From Halomicronema hongdechloris C2206 (GTDB taxonomy: Bacteria; Cyanobacteriota; Cyanobacteriia; Phormidesmidales; Phormidesmidaceae), in contig NZ_CP021983.2 in NCBI RefSeq assembly GCF_002075285.3, forward strand, positions 4,950,001-4,982,000: 32,000 nt of DNA, in the 5' to 3' direction. This document shows positions 13,089 through 22,404 of this stretch, one piece after another. Made by a program: the position numbers and the translations under genes. The first letter of the stretch is position 1. Each line of letters starts with the position of its first letter. The notes under the pieces are model-generated. The model searched no databases. It saw only the letters and a list, made by a program, of their open reading frames with translations, and was not told the origin of the DNA.

Positions 13089-15422
13089 CTAGGAATGCAG
13101 CCGCTGCACATGATAGGTGGGAAAGGTGCCGTAATGCTTGGCCCAAGGCATCCGTCCCACATAACTGCAGGTAAACGATTGCTGGCCCTCGGAGGTGGCG
13201 ATGGCGGCAAAGGCCTGGCTGGCATAGACTTTGCCCGGCGGTGTGATCGGCTCGATGCGGGCGGCATGGTTAACATGGGTACCCATGTAGTTGACCTGAT
13301 TGGTAATGGGGTCAACATTGCGCAACACCGGCCCGGCATGGAGAGCGATGCGAATGGTGAGATCGGCAGGTAACCCTTGTTGCTGCCAGTCGATGGACTG
13401 CATCAGATCGCCGAGATCGAGGGCGAAGAGGCCGGCCTCCTGCACCGTGGGAAACACATAGTAGAGGGCATCTCCCCAGGTATTCTTGGTCAGGGGCTGA
13501 TACCGGGGCTGATTGGATAAGGCCGCTACCGCCTCCAGAAAATGCCGCATGAAGATGCACAGCTGGTCTTCCAGCAGTTGGGTGTACTGCACCACATCGG
13601 CAAACAGCAGGGCGCGAATCTCCCGCTGCTGTTGTTCTAGAGCCGCCGTAGGCGTGGACCTCGGCTCAGACTCGGTGTCATACCCTGCTGCCGCCAGTAA
13701 AGCAGCACTGTCAATGATCTCCACCTGGTGGCTCCACTGCTGCCAGTAGGCCACCGTGCTGGCGGTGCCGCCGGGACCATCGCCGGGCTGACCATTCCAG
13801 ACGGCCAAGGGCACTAAATCGGTGTAGAGTTGCTCGGCCCGGATTTTAGCCAGCCCATGCAACAAGCGGTTGGAATACTCGTAGGAGACATCGTCTGCCT
13901 GGGGTTTGCAGTCGGAGGCGACCACCACCTCTCGGGCTTGGGATAAGACCCGGTCGAAGCGGGCCACCCAATCCCCTGCCGTCGCCGTGCTTACCGAGTC
14001 TTGAATGAACTGGTCCCGGTTATAGGGCAGCACGATATTGCACTCTCCCCCCAGCTCCAGCAGGGCTTCCAGGAACAAAATATCGCTGCCACAGGCGGCC
14101 GAGGCATAGCCCACCCGCCCGTTCAGCTGTTGCAGTCGGGTATGAATGGCGTCGTACACGGAGTCCTCCAGCACTGGCGGCAACCGTGGCTGGGGTCGAT
14201 TGGCGGCATCCATGCGATGGCCACAGAAGACGATCACCCGGGGCATCTGAAACCACTCTCGCAGGGGGTCTAGGCCCTGGCCCAGGTGCTGCATCAACAG
14301 GGCCGCATTGCGATAGCTGGAACCCAGATCGCCGAATCGTCCCTGGCCCACCTGAACCGCCTGAGTGTAGTAGGCAGCGGCTTGGTCATAGCGGCCCAGT
14401 ACTAATTCGGCCTCCCCTAGGGTGGCTAAGATCCAGTAGGTGTCCTGGCCGGTCTTGGTGGCTTGCTCTAGGGCCTGTCGAGCGGTTTCGGCCACGGCGG
14501 TGGCCAGCTGGCGGGCCTGGCCGCGGTTCCCTTGGAGTAGGCTCAGGGTGGCAGCGTTGATGCCGGGCCAGAGGCTACCACTGCGGCGATAGGCTTCTAG
14601 ATAGCGGTCTGCGGCCAGCTTTAAGTGATGCGATCGCATCTGGTCAGGCCCTGCCTGGCGCCAGAGGTCCTTGTGGGTGCGGGCCAGCAAGCTTAGGGTT
14701 TCATCGTCATCCTGCCCTGCCGCCATCAGTTGACCCAACACCTCATTAGCGGCATGGGTGGCGCCGCTGCGGGCCAGGGCCAGGGCCAATAACTGCTGCA
14801 ACCGCAAATGCTGAGGCCACTGCTTCAGACCATCCGCCAGCACATCATAGGCCATTAGGGTTTCCCCCAACTGCAGCATCATTTCCCCCAAAGAGCAGTG
14901 TAGATCGGGGGTGCGGGGCCGCAGGGTGACAATTTCCCGTCGCAGCGCCAGCAGTGGGGCCAACTGCCGCGGCATGGCCCCAGCCCCGATACGCAGAGTC
15001 GCCGTGGCAGCCTCAGCGGTCCCCAACTTGATGCGAGGGGGCGCCACCGGTTGCGCCTCAATCCGATAGCCCAGGGCCACGGCCGTCTTGAGATTGTCGA
15101 GGTAGACCTGTAATTGCTGTTCTTGAACGGCTTCCGGTAGCTGCTCGAAAGGACAGAGATAGGGATGAGTGCGCTCGGCGGCATTGAGCCGAGTGCCATA
15201 GCGCCAACCTAGCCCGAGTAATGCTTGGGCCCAATGGTCATGACTGTTTTCAGCCAACCGCTCTGCCAGATATAAGTACTCCGCCGTCAGCGTTGCCTGA
15301 GACGTATCGATGGGCTGTGGTTGGTACACGGGTTGTTCTTGTCCCCTGCAGCGTTTACCCGAGCGTTGAGGGTCTCCCTCGCTTTTCCTCCATTGTGGGG
15401 TGACAACGGCAGAAGCATCCAC
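13089..15422 (-). CDS. Multidomain signalling protein: RyR domain, TPR / TRAF-binding-like helical repeat region, SLOG-like Rossmann domain, class III adenylate/guanylate cyclase domain
   Basis: RyR-like: AENSHDHWAQALLGLGWRYGTRLNAAERTHPYLCPFEQLPEAVQEQ..ALGYRI. Helical repeat: ETLSLLARTHKDLW..YLEAYRRSGSLWPGINAATL. SLOG-like: VIVFCGHRMD..GYASAACGSDILFLEALLELGGECNIVLPY..LAVWNGQPGDGPGGTA. Cyclase: LLFADVVQYTQL, TWGDALYYVF, IRIALHAGPV, GTHVNHAARIE. Confidence 0.88.
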   Translation of the reverse strand: MDASAVVTPQWRKSEGDPQRSGKRCRGQEQPVYQPQPIDTSQATLTAEYLYLAERLAENSHDHWAQALLGLGWRYGTRLNAAERTHPYLCPFEQLPEAVQEQQLQVYLDNLKTAVALGYRIEAQPVAPPRIKLGTAEAATATLRIGAGAMPRQLAPLLALRREIVTLRPRTPDLHCSLGEMMLQLGETLMAYDVLADGLKQWPQHLRLQQLLALALARSGATHAANEVLGQLMAAGQDDDETLSLLARTHKDLWRQAGPDQMRSHHLKLAADRYLEAYRRSGSLWPGINAATLSLLQGNRGQARQLATAVAETARQALEQATKTGQDTYWILATLGEAELVLGRYDQAAAYYTQAVQVGQGRFGDLGSSYRNAALLMQHLGQGLDPLREWFQMPRVIVFCGHRMDAANRPQPRLPPVLEDSVYDAIHTRLQQLNGRVGYASAACGSDILFLEALLELGGECNIVLPYNRDQFIQDSVSTATAGDWVARFDRVLSQAREVVVASDCKPQADDVSYEYSNRLLHGLAKIRAEQLYTDLVPLAVWNGQPGDGPGGTASTVAYWQQWSHQVEIIDSAALLAAAGYDTESEPRSTPTAALEQQQREIRALLFADVVQYTQLLEDQLCIFMRHFLEAVAALSNQPRYQPLTKNTWGDALYYVFPTVQEAGLFALDLGDLMQSIDWQQQGLPADLTIRIALHAGPVLRNVDPITNQVNYMGTHVNHAARIEPITPPGKVYASQAFAAIATSEGQQSFTCSYVGRMPWAKHYGTFPTYHVQRLHS

Positions 15423-15623
15423 CTAAATTTCCCCGGGTATCTTCCCCAGGCTGCCACGCTGGGAGCAATTGTCAGGACCGCCAGGACAGCTATTCCCCAC
15501 CAGGAAAATTTATGTCGAAAAGGTTTGCAAATCCTGGCCTGGGAATCCGGAGAACGATCTAAGCTAAGGAGCAGCGCCTAGGGCCATAGTCTGTGTGGGC
15601 GCGTTGAATAGGGAGATGCGGAG

Positions 15624-16799
15624 ATGCCCAGCCTGACAATTGCAGATCGAGTCAATCGTGTCACCCCGTCCATGACCCTGGCGATCTCGGCCAAGGCCAA
15701 GGCGATGAAAGCCGAGGGCCTGGATGTCTGTAGTTTCAGCGCTGGGGAGCCAGATTTCGACACCCCCGATCACATCAAGGCGGCGGCAAAACAGGCCCTG
15801 GATCAGGGCAAGACCCGCTATGGTCCTGCCGCCGGGGAGCCGGCCTTGCGGCGGGCCATCGCCCAGAAGCTGCAGCAGGACAATGATCTCTGCTATGGCC
15901 CCGAAAATATCATCGTCACCAATGGCGGCAAACACAGCCTCTACAACCTGATGATGACCCTGATTGGGCCTGGGGATGAGGTAATTATCCCGGCCCCTTA
16001 CTGGGTTAGCTATCCGGAGATGGTGACCCTAGCCGGTGGCACGCCGGTGATTGTGCCCACCGATTTAGCGGGAGGCTATAAGATCACCCCGGAGCAACTG
16101 CGCCGCCATATCACGCCTCAGACCCGCCTCTTCATCCTCAATTCCCCCAGCAATCCCACCGGCACCGTCTATAGTCCAGAGGAGATCAAGGCCTTAGCAG
16201 AGGTGGTCATAGAGGCGGATATTTGGGTGGTCTCCGATGAAATCTACGAAAAGATCCGCTACGACGACGTCCCTCACCTCAGCATCGGCGCTATTGGCCC
16301 AGAAGCCTATCAGCGCACCCTGCTCAGTAACGGCTTTGCCAAGGCCTATGCCATGACCGGTTGGCGCATTGGTTACTTGGCCGGGCCGGTGGAGTTGATT
16401 CGGGCCATGAATACTCTGCAGAGCCACAGTACTTCTAATGTCTGCACCTTTGCCCAGTACGGTGCGATCGCAGCTCTGGAAGGCCCCCAAGACTGTATCG
16501 CCACCATGGGCCATGCCTTTGCCCAACGGCGACAGGTGATGCTGAAGGCCATCCATAGCATTCCCGGCCTCAGCTGTGCCACCCCCCAGGGAGCCTTTTA
16601 CCTCTACGTGGATATCAGCGCCCTCGCGGTTCCGTCCCTGGACTTCTGCAGTCAACTCCTAGAGGAAAAATACGTCGCCACTATCCCCGGAGTCGCCTTT
16701 GGGGCCGAGGGCTCTATCCGTCTCTCCTATGCTACCGATCTGGAAACCATCGAGCGCGGCCTCGAGCGTCTAGCCGCCTTCGTGCGGTCGCGGTCCTAA
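15624..16799 (+). CDS. Aspartate/aromatic aminotransferase, PLP-dependent class I
   Basis: [36 protein letters not shown] and [14 protein letters not shown] (PLP-Lys region) are typical AspC-family motifs. Confidence 0.9.
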   Translation: MPSLTIADRVNRVTPSMTLAISAKAKAMKAEGLDVCSFSAGEPDFDTPDHIKAAAKQALDQGKTRYGPAAGEPALRRAIAQKLQQDNDLCYGPENIIVTNGGKHSLYNLMMTLIGPGDEVIIPAPYWVSYPEMVTLAGGTPVIVPTDLAGGYKITPEQLRRHITPQTRLFILNSPSNPTGTVYSPEEIKALAEVVIEADIWVVSDEIYEKIRYDDVPHLSIGAIGPEAYQRTLLSNGFAKAYAMTGWRIGYLAGPVELIRAMNTLQSHSTSNVCTFAQYGAIAALEGPQDCIATMGHAFAQRRQVMLKAIHSIPGLSCATPQGAFYLYVDISALAVPSLDFCSQLLEEKYVATIPGVAFGAEGSIRLSYATDLETIERGLERLAAFVRSRS

Positions 16800-16802
16800 G
16801 GG

Positions 16803-17411
16803 TTACTTCAACTTCTGCTTGATAAAGGCCAGCATCTTGGCCAGTTGCCCCTTGAGTTGGTTCACCTCGGCTTGTAGGTGATTCACCTTAGCCACCAGTG
16901 CTTGATAATCGGCTGGATCGATGCCGCCAGCAGCAGCCTCCCCTGGCGGAGCCTCGGCGGCAGGGGCAGCCGCCTGGGCCGGGCGAGCCTTGCGGGCCTT
17001 GGCCATGGCCCCCTTAATGGCGCCAATCAATTCTTTCTGGTCGAAGGGTTTCTGAATGAACTCAAAATACTCGAAGGGTTCTTGAATCTTCTCAGTCACC
17101 TCTTCCTTGCGGCCCGACATCAGCACCAGCGGAATATGCTGCAGGTCGGGGCGAGCCTGAATTTCTTGAAAGACTTCCCAACCGCTTTTACGGGGCAGCA
17201 AAAAGTCCAACATGATCAGATTGGGCCGCTGATCTTGAATGGCACTCATGCCCTCCACCCCATCTTGGGCTTCGATCACCTCAAAATTGCCCTGAGGTAA
17301 CATATCGCGAACCCGCATGCGGATGACACGGCTGTCGTCAATGACCAGAATTTTGTGACTTGCCACGGCTGATTCCTCTTGGCGGTAGCGCAGTGATGGG
17401 TTGCTGCCCAT
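16803..17411 (-). CDS. Response regulator: REC domain plus Ala/Pro linker and C-terminal coiled coil
   Basis: KILVIDDSRVIR, NLIMLDFLLPRKSG, LVLMSGR and FIQKPFD. The tail DYQALVAKVNHLQAEVNQLKGQLAKML is heptad-like. Confidence 0.88.
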   Translation of the reverse strand: MGSNPSLRYRQEESAVASHKILVIDDSRVIRMRVRDMLPQGNFEVIEAQDGVEGMSAIQDQRPNLIMLDFLLPRKSGWEVFQEIQARPDLQHIPLVLMSGRKEEVTEKIQEPFEYFEFIQKPFDQKELIGAIKGAMAKARKARPAQAAAPAAEAPPGEAAAGGIDPADYQALVAKVNHLQAEVNQLKGQLAKMLAFIKQKLK

Positions 17412-17563
17412 CGATAGCAGTGACCAGATAGCTGCATGATCTGCTTAGAGCCTCAGCCATCCGGCACCCAACCGCTCCAGGCTGACTGGCGGTTGCGATC
17501 GCTGACTCAACTATAGTAGGCCAGATAATTGCATGCAGGGGTATCCTCGTAGAATTCGGCAGC

Positions 17564-17790
17564 AGGGAGGGAGTGAAGGGTGAAGGGTGGATGGGTGATG
17601 GGGAGGGCGGAGGAAAGTGATGAGTTTTGAGTTTTGAGTTTTGAATCCCCGCCTTGCTCCTGTGGAGCCGCCTTGCGAACACCACAAGCGGTTCGCCCTG
17701 GTCGTCGGAGTCCGAGGGGAACATAGGGGGAAGGAAGAAGGCAAAGGGCAAAAGGCAGAAGGCTTCAATTCAAAATTCAAAATTTATTGC
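17564..17790. repeat. Composite intergenic repeat: purine-rich tract, GAGTTTT x3, module X, AG-rich tract, TTCAAAA repeats
   Basis: 17680..17722 matches the reverse complement of 23502..23544 at 40/43 positions. GAGTGAAGGGTGAAGGGTGGATGGGTGATGGGGAGG mirrors the pyrimidine-rich tract at 23811..23885. Confidence 0.8.
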
Positions 17791-17887
17791 TACCTTGCCG
17801 AGGCGACGCGAGCCGCCGCCGCCAACCCACAAGCTCTTCCGTGCATGGATCTACAATAGCCAAGAGTCCTTCCTTACCGAAAGATGC

Positions 17888-18787
17888 ATGTCACCCCAGC
17901 CCCAGTCCTCTCCCGCCCCCGAGCTGACCCAGCTACCTACTTGGTTGAAGCGCCCCATCGGTAAAGCCAGCGAGCTCTCCAGGGTGCAAAAGATCATCAA
18001 GCAGCGTCAGATTCACACCATCTGCGAGGAGGGGCGCTGCCCTAACCGGGGCGAGTGCTACGCCCAGGGCACGGCCACCTTTCTCTTGATGGGGCCCACC
18101 TGCACCCGCTCCTGCGCCTTTTGCCAGGTGGATAAGGGCCATGCGCCCATGGCCCTGGATCCAGAAGAACCGCGCAAGGTGGCGGAGTCGGTGCAACTGC
18201 TGGGGCTGCGCTATGTGGTGTTGACCTCGGTGGCTCGCGATGATCTGCCCGACCAAGGGGCGGCATGGTTCGTGCAGACCATGGCTGCCATTCGGGCCAT
18301 CTGCCCCGAGACCCAGATCGAGGTGCTGACCCCCGACTTTTGGGGGGGCCCGGAGCCCCAACGACAGCAGTATCAGCGCCTTGCCACGGTGGTAGGGGCG
18401 GGTCCGGCTTGCTTTAACCACAACATCGAGACGGTGCAACGGTTGCAGGGGCCGGTGCGGCGGGGGGCCAAGTATGAGCGCAGCCTGGATGTGCTGCGAC
18501 AGGTGAAGGCGATTGATTCGTCAGTGCCGACGAAATCGGGGCTGATGCTGGGCCATGGCGAAACCGAGGCAGAGGTGATCGAGGCCCTGGCGGATCTGCG
18601 GGCGGTGGCATGCGATCGCATCACCCTGGGCCAATACATGCGCCCCTCCCTGGCCCATCGCCCGGTGCAGCACTACTGGACTCCCGAGGCCTTCGAGCGC
18701 CTGGGGGCCATGGCCACAACCATGGGCTTTGCCCACGTGCGCTCGGGGCCGCTGGTGCGCAGCTCCTACCACGCCGGCGAGGCATAA
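17888..18787 (+). CDS. lipA: Lipoyl synthase
   Basis: [12 protein letters not shown] plus the radical-SAM motif CTRSCAFC. The ORF is open from 17654, but that extension translates the repeat tract, so I prefer ATG 17888 (MSPQPQSS..). Confidence 0.92.
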   Translation: MSPQPQSSPAPELTQLPTWLKRPIGKASELSRVQKIIKQRQIHTICEEGRCPNRGECYAQGTATFLLMGPTCTRSCAFCQVDKGHAPMALDPEEPRKVAESVQLLGLRYVVLTSVARDDLPDQGAAWFVQTMAAIRAICPETQIEVLTPDFWGGPEPQRQQYQRLATVVGAGPACFNHNIETVQRLQGPVRRGAKYERSLDVLRQVKAIDSSVPTKSGLMLGHGETEAEVIEALADLRAVACDRITLGQYMRPSLAHRPVQHYWTPEAFERLGAMATTMGFAHVRSGPLVRSSYHAGEA

Positions 18788-18887
18788 AGAATCATTACGG
18801 GCCATCTCCGTGCCGGAGCGGGTTTCATGGTTAAATGTGCCATGAAATACAACCATCGCCGTTTACCGCCGCCGGGCTAATCGCCAT

Positions 18888-20003
18888 ATGAAACGCCGAC
18901 ACATCATTCGCTACGGGGCCGGAGCCGCTGGAGTCGCCGCCTTGGCCGCCTGCAACGCCAATACCGATACCGCCTCTGCTCCCACCAGCACCACCGGCAG
19001 CGATCTGCCCCAGGTGCGCTGGCGCATGGCCACCAGCTGGCCCCAGTCCCTCGATACCATCTTCGGCGGGGCCCAGACCGTTTGCGATCGCGTCAGTGCC
19101 CTCAGCGGCGGTCGCTTCACCATCGAACCCTACGCCGCCGGGGAAATCGTGCCCGGCTTGCAAGTGCTAGATGCGGTCCAATCCGGCACGGTGGAATGCG
19201 GTCACAGCGCCAGCTATTACTACGTCGGCAAGAACCCGGCCCTGGCCTTCGGTACCACCGTCCCCTTCGGCCTCAACGCCCAGCAACAAAATGCCTGGTT
19301 CTACCACGGCGGCGGCCTCGACACCATGCATCGCCTCTATGCCGACTTCGGCGTCATCAACTTCCCGGCCGGTAACACCGGCACCCAGATGGGCGGCTGG
19401 TTCAAACAGCCCATCAACAGCGTCAGCGACCTGCAGGGACTGAAAATGCGGATTCCCGGCCTGGGCGGCGAAGTCATGTCGCGGCTGGGGGTGAATGTGC
19501 AGGTGCTGCCGGGGGGTGAAATCTTCCTGGCCTTAGATCGGGGGGCCATCGACGCCGCCGAATGGGTCGGTCCCTACGACGACGAGAAGCTCGGTCTCAA
19601 CGACGCCGCCCAATACTACTACTACCCCGGCTGGTGGGAACCCGGCGCCACCCTAGAAGCCCAGGTGAATCTGCAGGCCTGGGAAAGTCTGCCCCAGGAG
19701 TACCAGGAGATCTTCAAAACCGCCGCCTACGAGGCCAACATCAACATGCTGGCCCAATACGACTCCCTCAACGGTGCCGCCCTACAGCGGCTCATGGACG
19801 GCGGCACCCAGCTCACCCCCTACAGCGACGAGATCATGGCCGCGGCCGAGGCAGCCTCTCTGGAGTTCTACGAGGAAAACGCCAACCAAGACGCCACCTT
19901 CAAAGAGGTCTACGAACAGTGGCGCACCTTCCGCCAGGAGGTCTACGCCTGGAACCGCGTCAACGAACTCAGCTTCGCCCGCTTTAGCAACCGCGAGAGT
20001 TGA
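18888..20003 (+). CDS. TRAP-transporter solute-binding protein (DctP family), Tat-like signal with lipobox
   Basis: The N-terminus is [22 protein letters not shown]. The body shows [51 protein letters not shown] and [17 protein letters not shown], typical of the DctP-like family. Confidence 0.85.
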   Translation: MKRRHIIRYGAGAAGVAALAACNANTDTASAPTSTTGSDLPQVRWRMATSWPQSLDTIFGGAQTVCDRVSALSGGRFTIEPYAAGEIVPGLQVLDAVQSGTVECGHSASYYYVGKNPALAFGTTVPFGLNAQQQNAWFYHGGGLDTMHRLYADFGVINFPAGNTGTQMGGWFKQPINSVSDLQGLKMRIPGLGGEVMSRLGVNVQVLPGGEIFLALDRGAIDAAEWVGPYDDEKLGLNDAAQYYYYPGWWEPGATLEAQVNLQAWESLPQEYQEIFKTAAYEANINMLAQYDSLNGAALQRLMDGGTQLTPYSDEIMAAAEAASLEFYEENANQDATFKEVYEQWRTFRQEVYAWNRVNELSFARFSNRES

Positions 20004-20079
20004 GTTCGGAGCCGGGTACTCGGCCTCAACCTAGGTGCCTTTTACAATAGAACTACCCCTGGCTCAAACGGAGTTGTCT

Positions 20080-20832
20080 ATGGTTGACCAGCTTGCCATC
20101 AGCGAAGAGGTTGCATTCCCAGACGCCAGCCAACTCGTCACCGAGGATGACACTCCGGTGGATAATTTTGCCTCTGCTAAACAACAACGGCTCTTAGTGA
20201 GCTCTCTCTACAGCGCCCTATTAGGACAAGTTTTCCTGGCCGAAGCCAACGTCGGCATCTATCACATCTTTAGCCAACCGCCGATTGTGCCGGATGTCTT
20301 CGTCAGCTTCAACGTTCAGGTTCCCCAGGATTGGTGGGAAAAGCAAAACCGCTGTTACCTGGTGTGGAACTTCGGCAAACCTCCGGAGATTGTCATCGAA
20401 GTCGTCTCCAACCAAGTCGGCAATGAGCTCACCGATAAGTTCGCCACCTACGAGCACATGCGGGTCAGCTACTACGCAGTTTACGACCCCAGTTTGCAGC
20501 TGAGCGAGACTCCCTTGCGCCTGTTTGAACTGCGAGGCATGCACTACACCGAAATGACAGAACCCTGGCTGGAACAGGTCGGCCTGGGTCTGACGACCTG
20601 GCAGGGAGACTTTGAAGGCCGACAAGATACCTGGCTGCGCTGGTGTAATGCCGAGGGGGCCATGTTGCTAACGGGGGATGAGCAAGCAGCCCAAGCGCGA
20701 CAGCAGGCCGAGCAAGAGCGCCAGCGGGCGGAGCAGGAACGGCAACGGGCGGAGCAAGAGCGCCAGCGGGCCGATCGCTTAGCAGACCTTCTCAGAGCCC
20801 AGGGCATTGATCCGGATCAGTTGCCGCAATAG
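20080..20832 (+). CDS. Uma2 (DUF820) family putative endonuclease with C-terminal AEQERQR x3 repeat
   Basis: ..PDVFVSF.., GKPPEIVIEVVSN and YEHMRVSYYAVYDP match the PD-(D/E)xK-like Uma2 pattern. GGAG lies 7 nt upstream of ATG 20080. The ORF is open from 20035. Confidence 0.85.
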   Translation: MVDQLAISEEVAFPDASQLVTEDDTPVDNFASAKQQRLLVSSLYSALLGQVFLAEANVGIYHIFSQPPIVPDVFVSFNVQVPQDWWEKQNRCYLVWNFGKPPEIVIEVVSNQVGNELTDKFATYEHMRVSYYAVYDPSLQLSETPLRLFELRGMHYTEMTEPWLEQVGLGLTTWQGDFEGRQDTWLRWCNAEGAMLLTGDEQAAQARQQAEQERQRAEQERQRAEQERQRADRLADLLRAQGIDPDQLPQ

Positions 20833-20984
20833 TCGATTGAATTTTTTGGATTCTATCAAATCCGCTAAGATGACCAACATTACGATGATTTATAACAACT
20901 GCAGTATGTCATTCTGGGTGGGAACCCAGGCGGCTATCGCGGGGCTCTCCCGACCGTCGGTAGGACTGATGACACCCTTGCAAC

Positions 20985-21650
20985 CTACGCCAAAGACTGA
21001 CTCCAGTGCCGCACGGAGCGCATCACCTGGTTTTCGCTTTGAGATTGGCGCTGCTCTAGAAAGCCATTCAAGTCAGCCGCGGTTACCTGGGGGAAGGCCA
21101 AACTCACCGCTGATGCTGCATACCCGGTTGGCGTCAGCTGGTAGATCACCAAGCCCTGCCGCTTGCTGTAGCGCCACACCTCTGGTACTTCCAGCGCTGC
21201 GTAGATGTGCAGTCGTTGAGTTGAGGGACTGGTAATACCGACTGCAATCACCAAATCAGGAGGCAGCTTCTCGGGAATCACCGGATCGAGCCCTTCCAGC
21301 TGAGGCGCGTGTTGAATATAGAACCCCGTATCGGGCTCTGCTCCCTGCTGTAAATCCGGACGGTTCAGGGTCATTGAGCCCACATTAAGCACCTCTAGCC
21401 CCAGAACTTCCGTCAAGGTGGTGACAATCTGTCCTAGCAGGCGATTGATAATTTCATGCAGCTTAGACGGCATCTTCAGAGTCAGAACCCCCTGGTTATA
21501 GGCGATGCGAGTCGCTCGATGATCGCCTAGATCTGCCAGCATGGCCCGATAGGTCTGCCAACTGATATTCGACAGCACAACCGTTTGGGTCAACTGTCCG
21601 TCAAAATTATCTAGGTCTAGCTCGCTGATCTGGGTAGATATCAACACCAC
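20985..21650 (-). CDS. Uma2 (DUF820) family putative endonuclease
   Basis: ISWQTYRAML, RIAYNQGVLTLKMPSKLHE, AEPDTGFYI, PPDLVIAVGITS and YAALEVPEVWRY. GTG start. Confidence 0.82.
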   Translation of the reverse strand: MVLISTQISELDLDNFDGQLTQTVVLSNISWQTYRAMLADLGDHRATRIAYNQGVLTLKMPSKLHEIINRLLGQIVTTLTEVLGLEVLNVGSMTLNRPDLQQGAEPDTGFYIQHAPQLEGLDPVIPEKLPPDLVIAVGITSPSTQRLHIYAALEVPEVWRYSKRQGLVIYQLTPTGYAASAVSLAFPQVTAADLNGFLEQRQSQSENQVMRSVRHWSQSLA

Positions 21651-21728
21651 GGCACGAACACCATTGCCAGTGACCTCATTTTATAAGCTGGGACTAGCCG
21701 CTGAGATCACTGCAGAGCATATCGAAGC

Positions 21729-21995
21729 ATGGCAGAGACTATCGAGCAGGTAACTATGCAGGCCTATAAAGTAGCAGCGACTGTTTCCGAAAACGGCACC
21801 CTAGTGCTTCGAGGACTTCCCTTTCAAGCAGGAAGAGTGGTCGAGGTGATCGTACTGGAACAAATCTCTGTGGCCCCAGCTGAGCACTCTCCTCAAGAGC
21901 AGACCTCCTTAGACCATGACTATTTATTGGGTGTGGAAACTCAGATGAGCGAGTGGGCGTCCGCTGAAGATGAGGCTGCCTATCATGACCTATGA
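21729..21995 (+). CDS. Putative antitoxin (AbrB/SpoVT-like N-terminus) of a MazEF-type pair
   Basis: An 88-aa ORF overlapping the toxin start. ENGTLVLRGLPFQAGRVVEVIVLE resembles swapped-hairpin antitoxin cores, and the C-terminus is acidic. Confidence 0.65.
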   Translation: MAETIEQVTMQAYKVAATVSENGTLVLRGLPFQAGRVVEVIVLEQISVAPAEHSPQEQTSLDHDYLLGVETQMSEWASAEDEAAYHDL

Positions 21996-22317
21996 GCAGT
22001 TTGATGTGATCGTGGTTCCGTTTCCCTTCACTGATACTGATACCGCAAAGCGCAGGCCTGCGCTTGTTTTATCTAATGCCCAGAGGTTCAATGTAGTTGT
22101 AGGCCATAGTGTTATGGCGATGATTACGACTGCTTCCCATTCATCCTGGGCCCTAGATGTTCCTTTGAATGACCTAGAGCCTGCTGGACTAGCTGTACCG
22201 TCTATTGTGCGAATGAAATTATTTACGCTTGACCATACCCTAGTCCTGAAGCGCATTGGATATTTGAGTGCACCTGATCAATCTGCGGTGAGTGACTCTC
22301 TTGCTAGCTTGTTCTGA
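21970..22317 (+). CDS. PemK/MazF-family toxin (mRNA interferase)
   Basis: FDVIVVPFPFTDTDTAKRRPALVLS.. and ..MITT.. match the PemK/MazF signature. The more likely start is ATG 21985 (MTYEQFD), which overlaps the antitoxin stop by 11 nt. Confidence 0.85.
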   Translation: MRLPIMTYEQFDVIVVPFPFTDTDTAKRRPALVLSNAQRFNVVVGHSVMAMITTASHSSWALDVPLNDLEPAGLAVPSIVRMKLFTLDHTLVLKRIGYLSAPDQSAVSDSLASLF

Positions 22318-22404
22318 GTTCTAGCGGATGCAATAGGCTTCCCCGACGAGCTGAGACGGATGAAGACTTTGAGCATGATTAGCCGGCTTGAAATGCCCTG
22401 AGTA

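Noticed and set aside
17654-17887. Long N-terminal extension of lipA offered by the ORF track (377 aa)
   Set aside because: The extension translates purine-rich and TTCAAAA-type repeats (..[17 protein letters not shown]..). A canonical LipA begins near MSPQPQ.. at ATG 17888.
18823-18847. Hairpin TTTCATGG-N9-CCATGAAA after lipA as an intrinsic terminator
   Set aside because: The stem is only 8 bp and AT-rich, and it is not followed by a T-tract. It may still be structural, but I cannot support a terminator call.
20807-21235. 142-aa plus-strand ORF between the two Uma2 genes
   Set aside because: It is mostly antisense to the well-supported Uma2 gene 20985..21650, and its Ser/Arg/Ala-rich composition is typical of a shadow frame.
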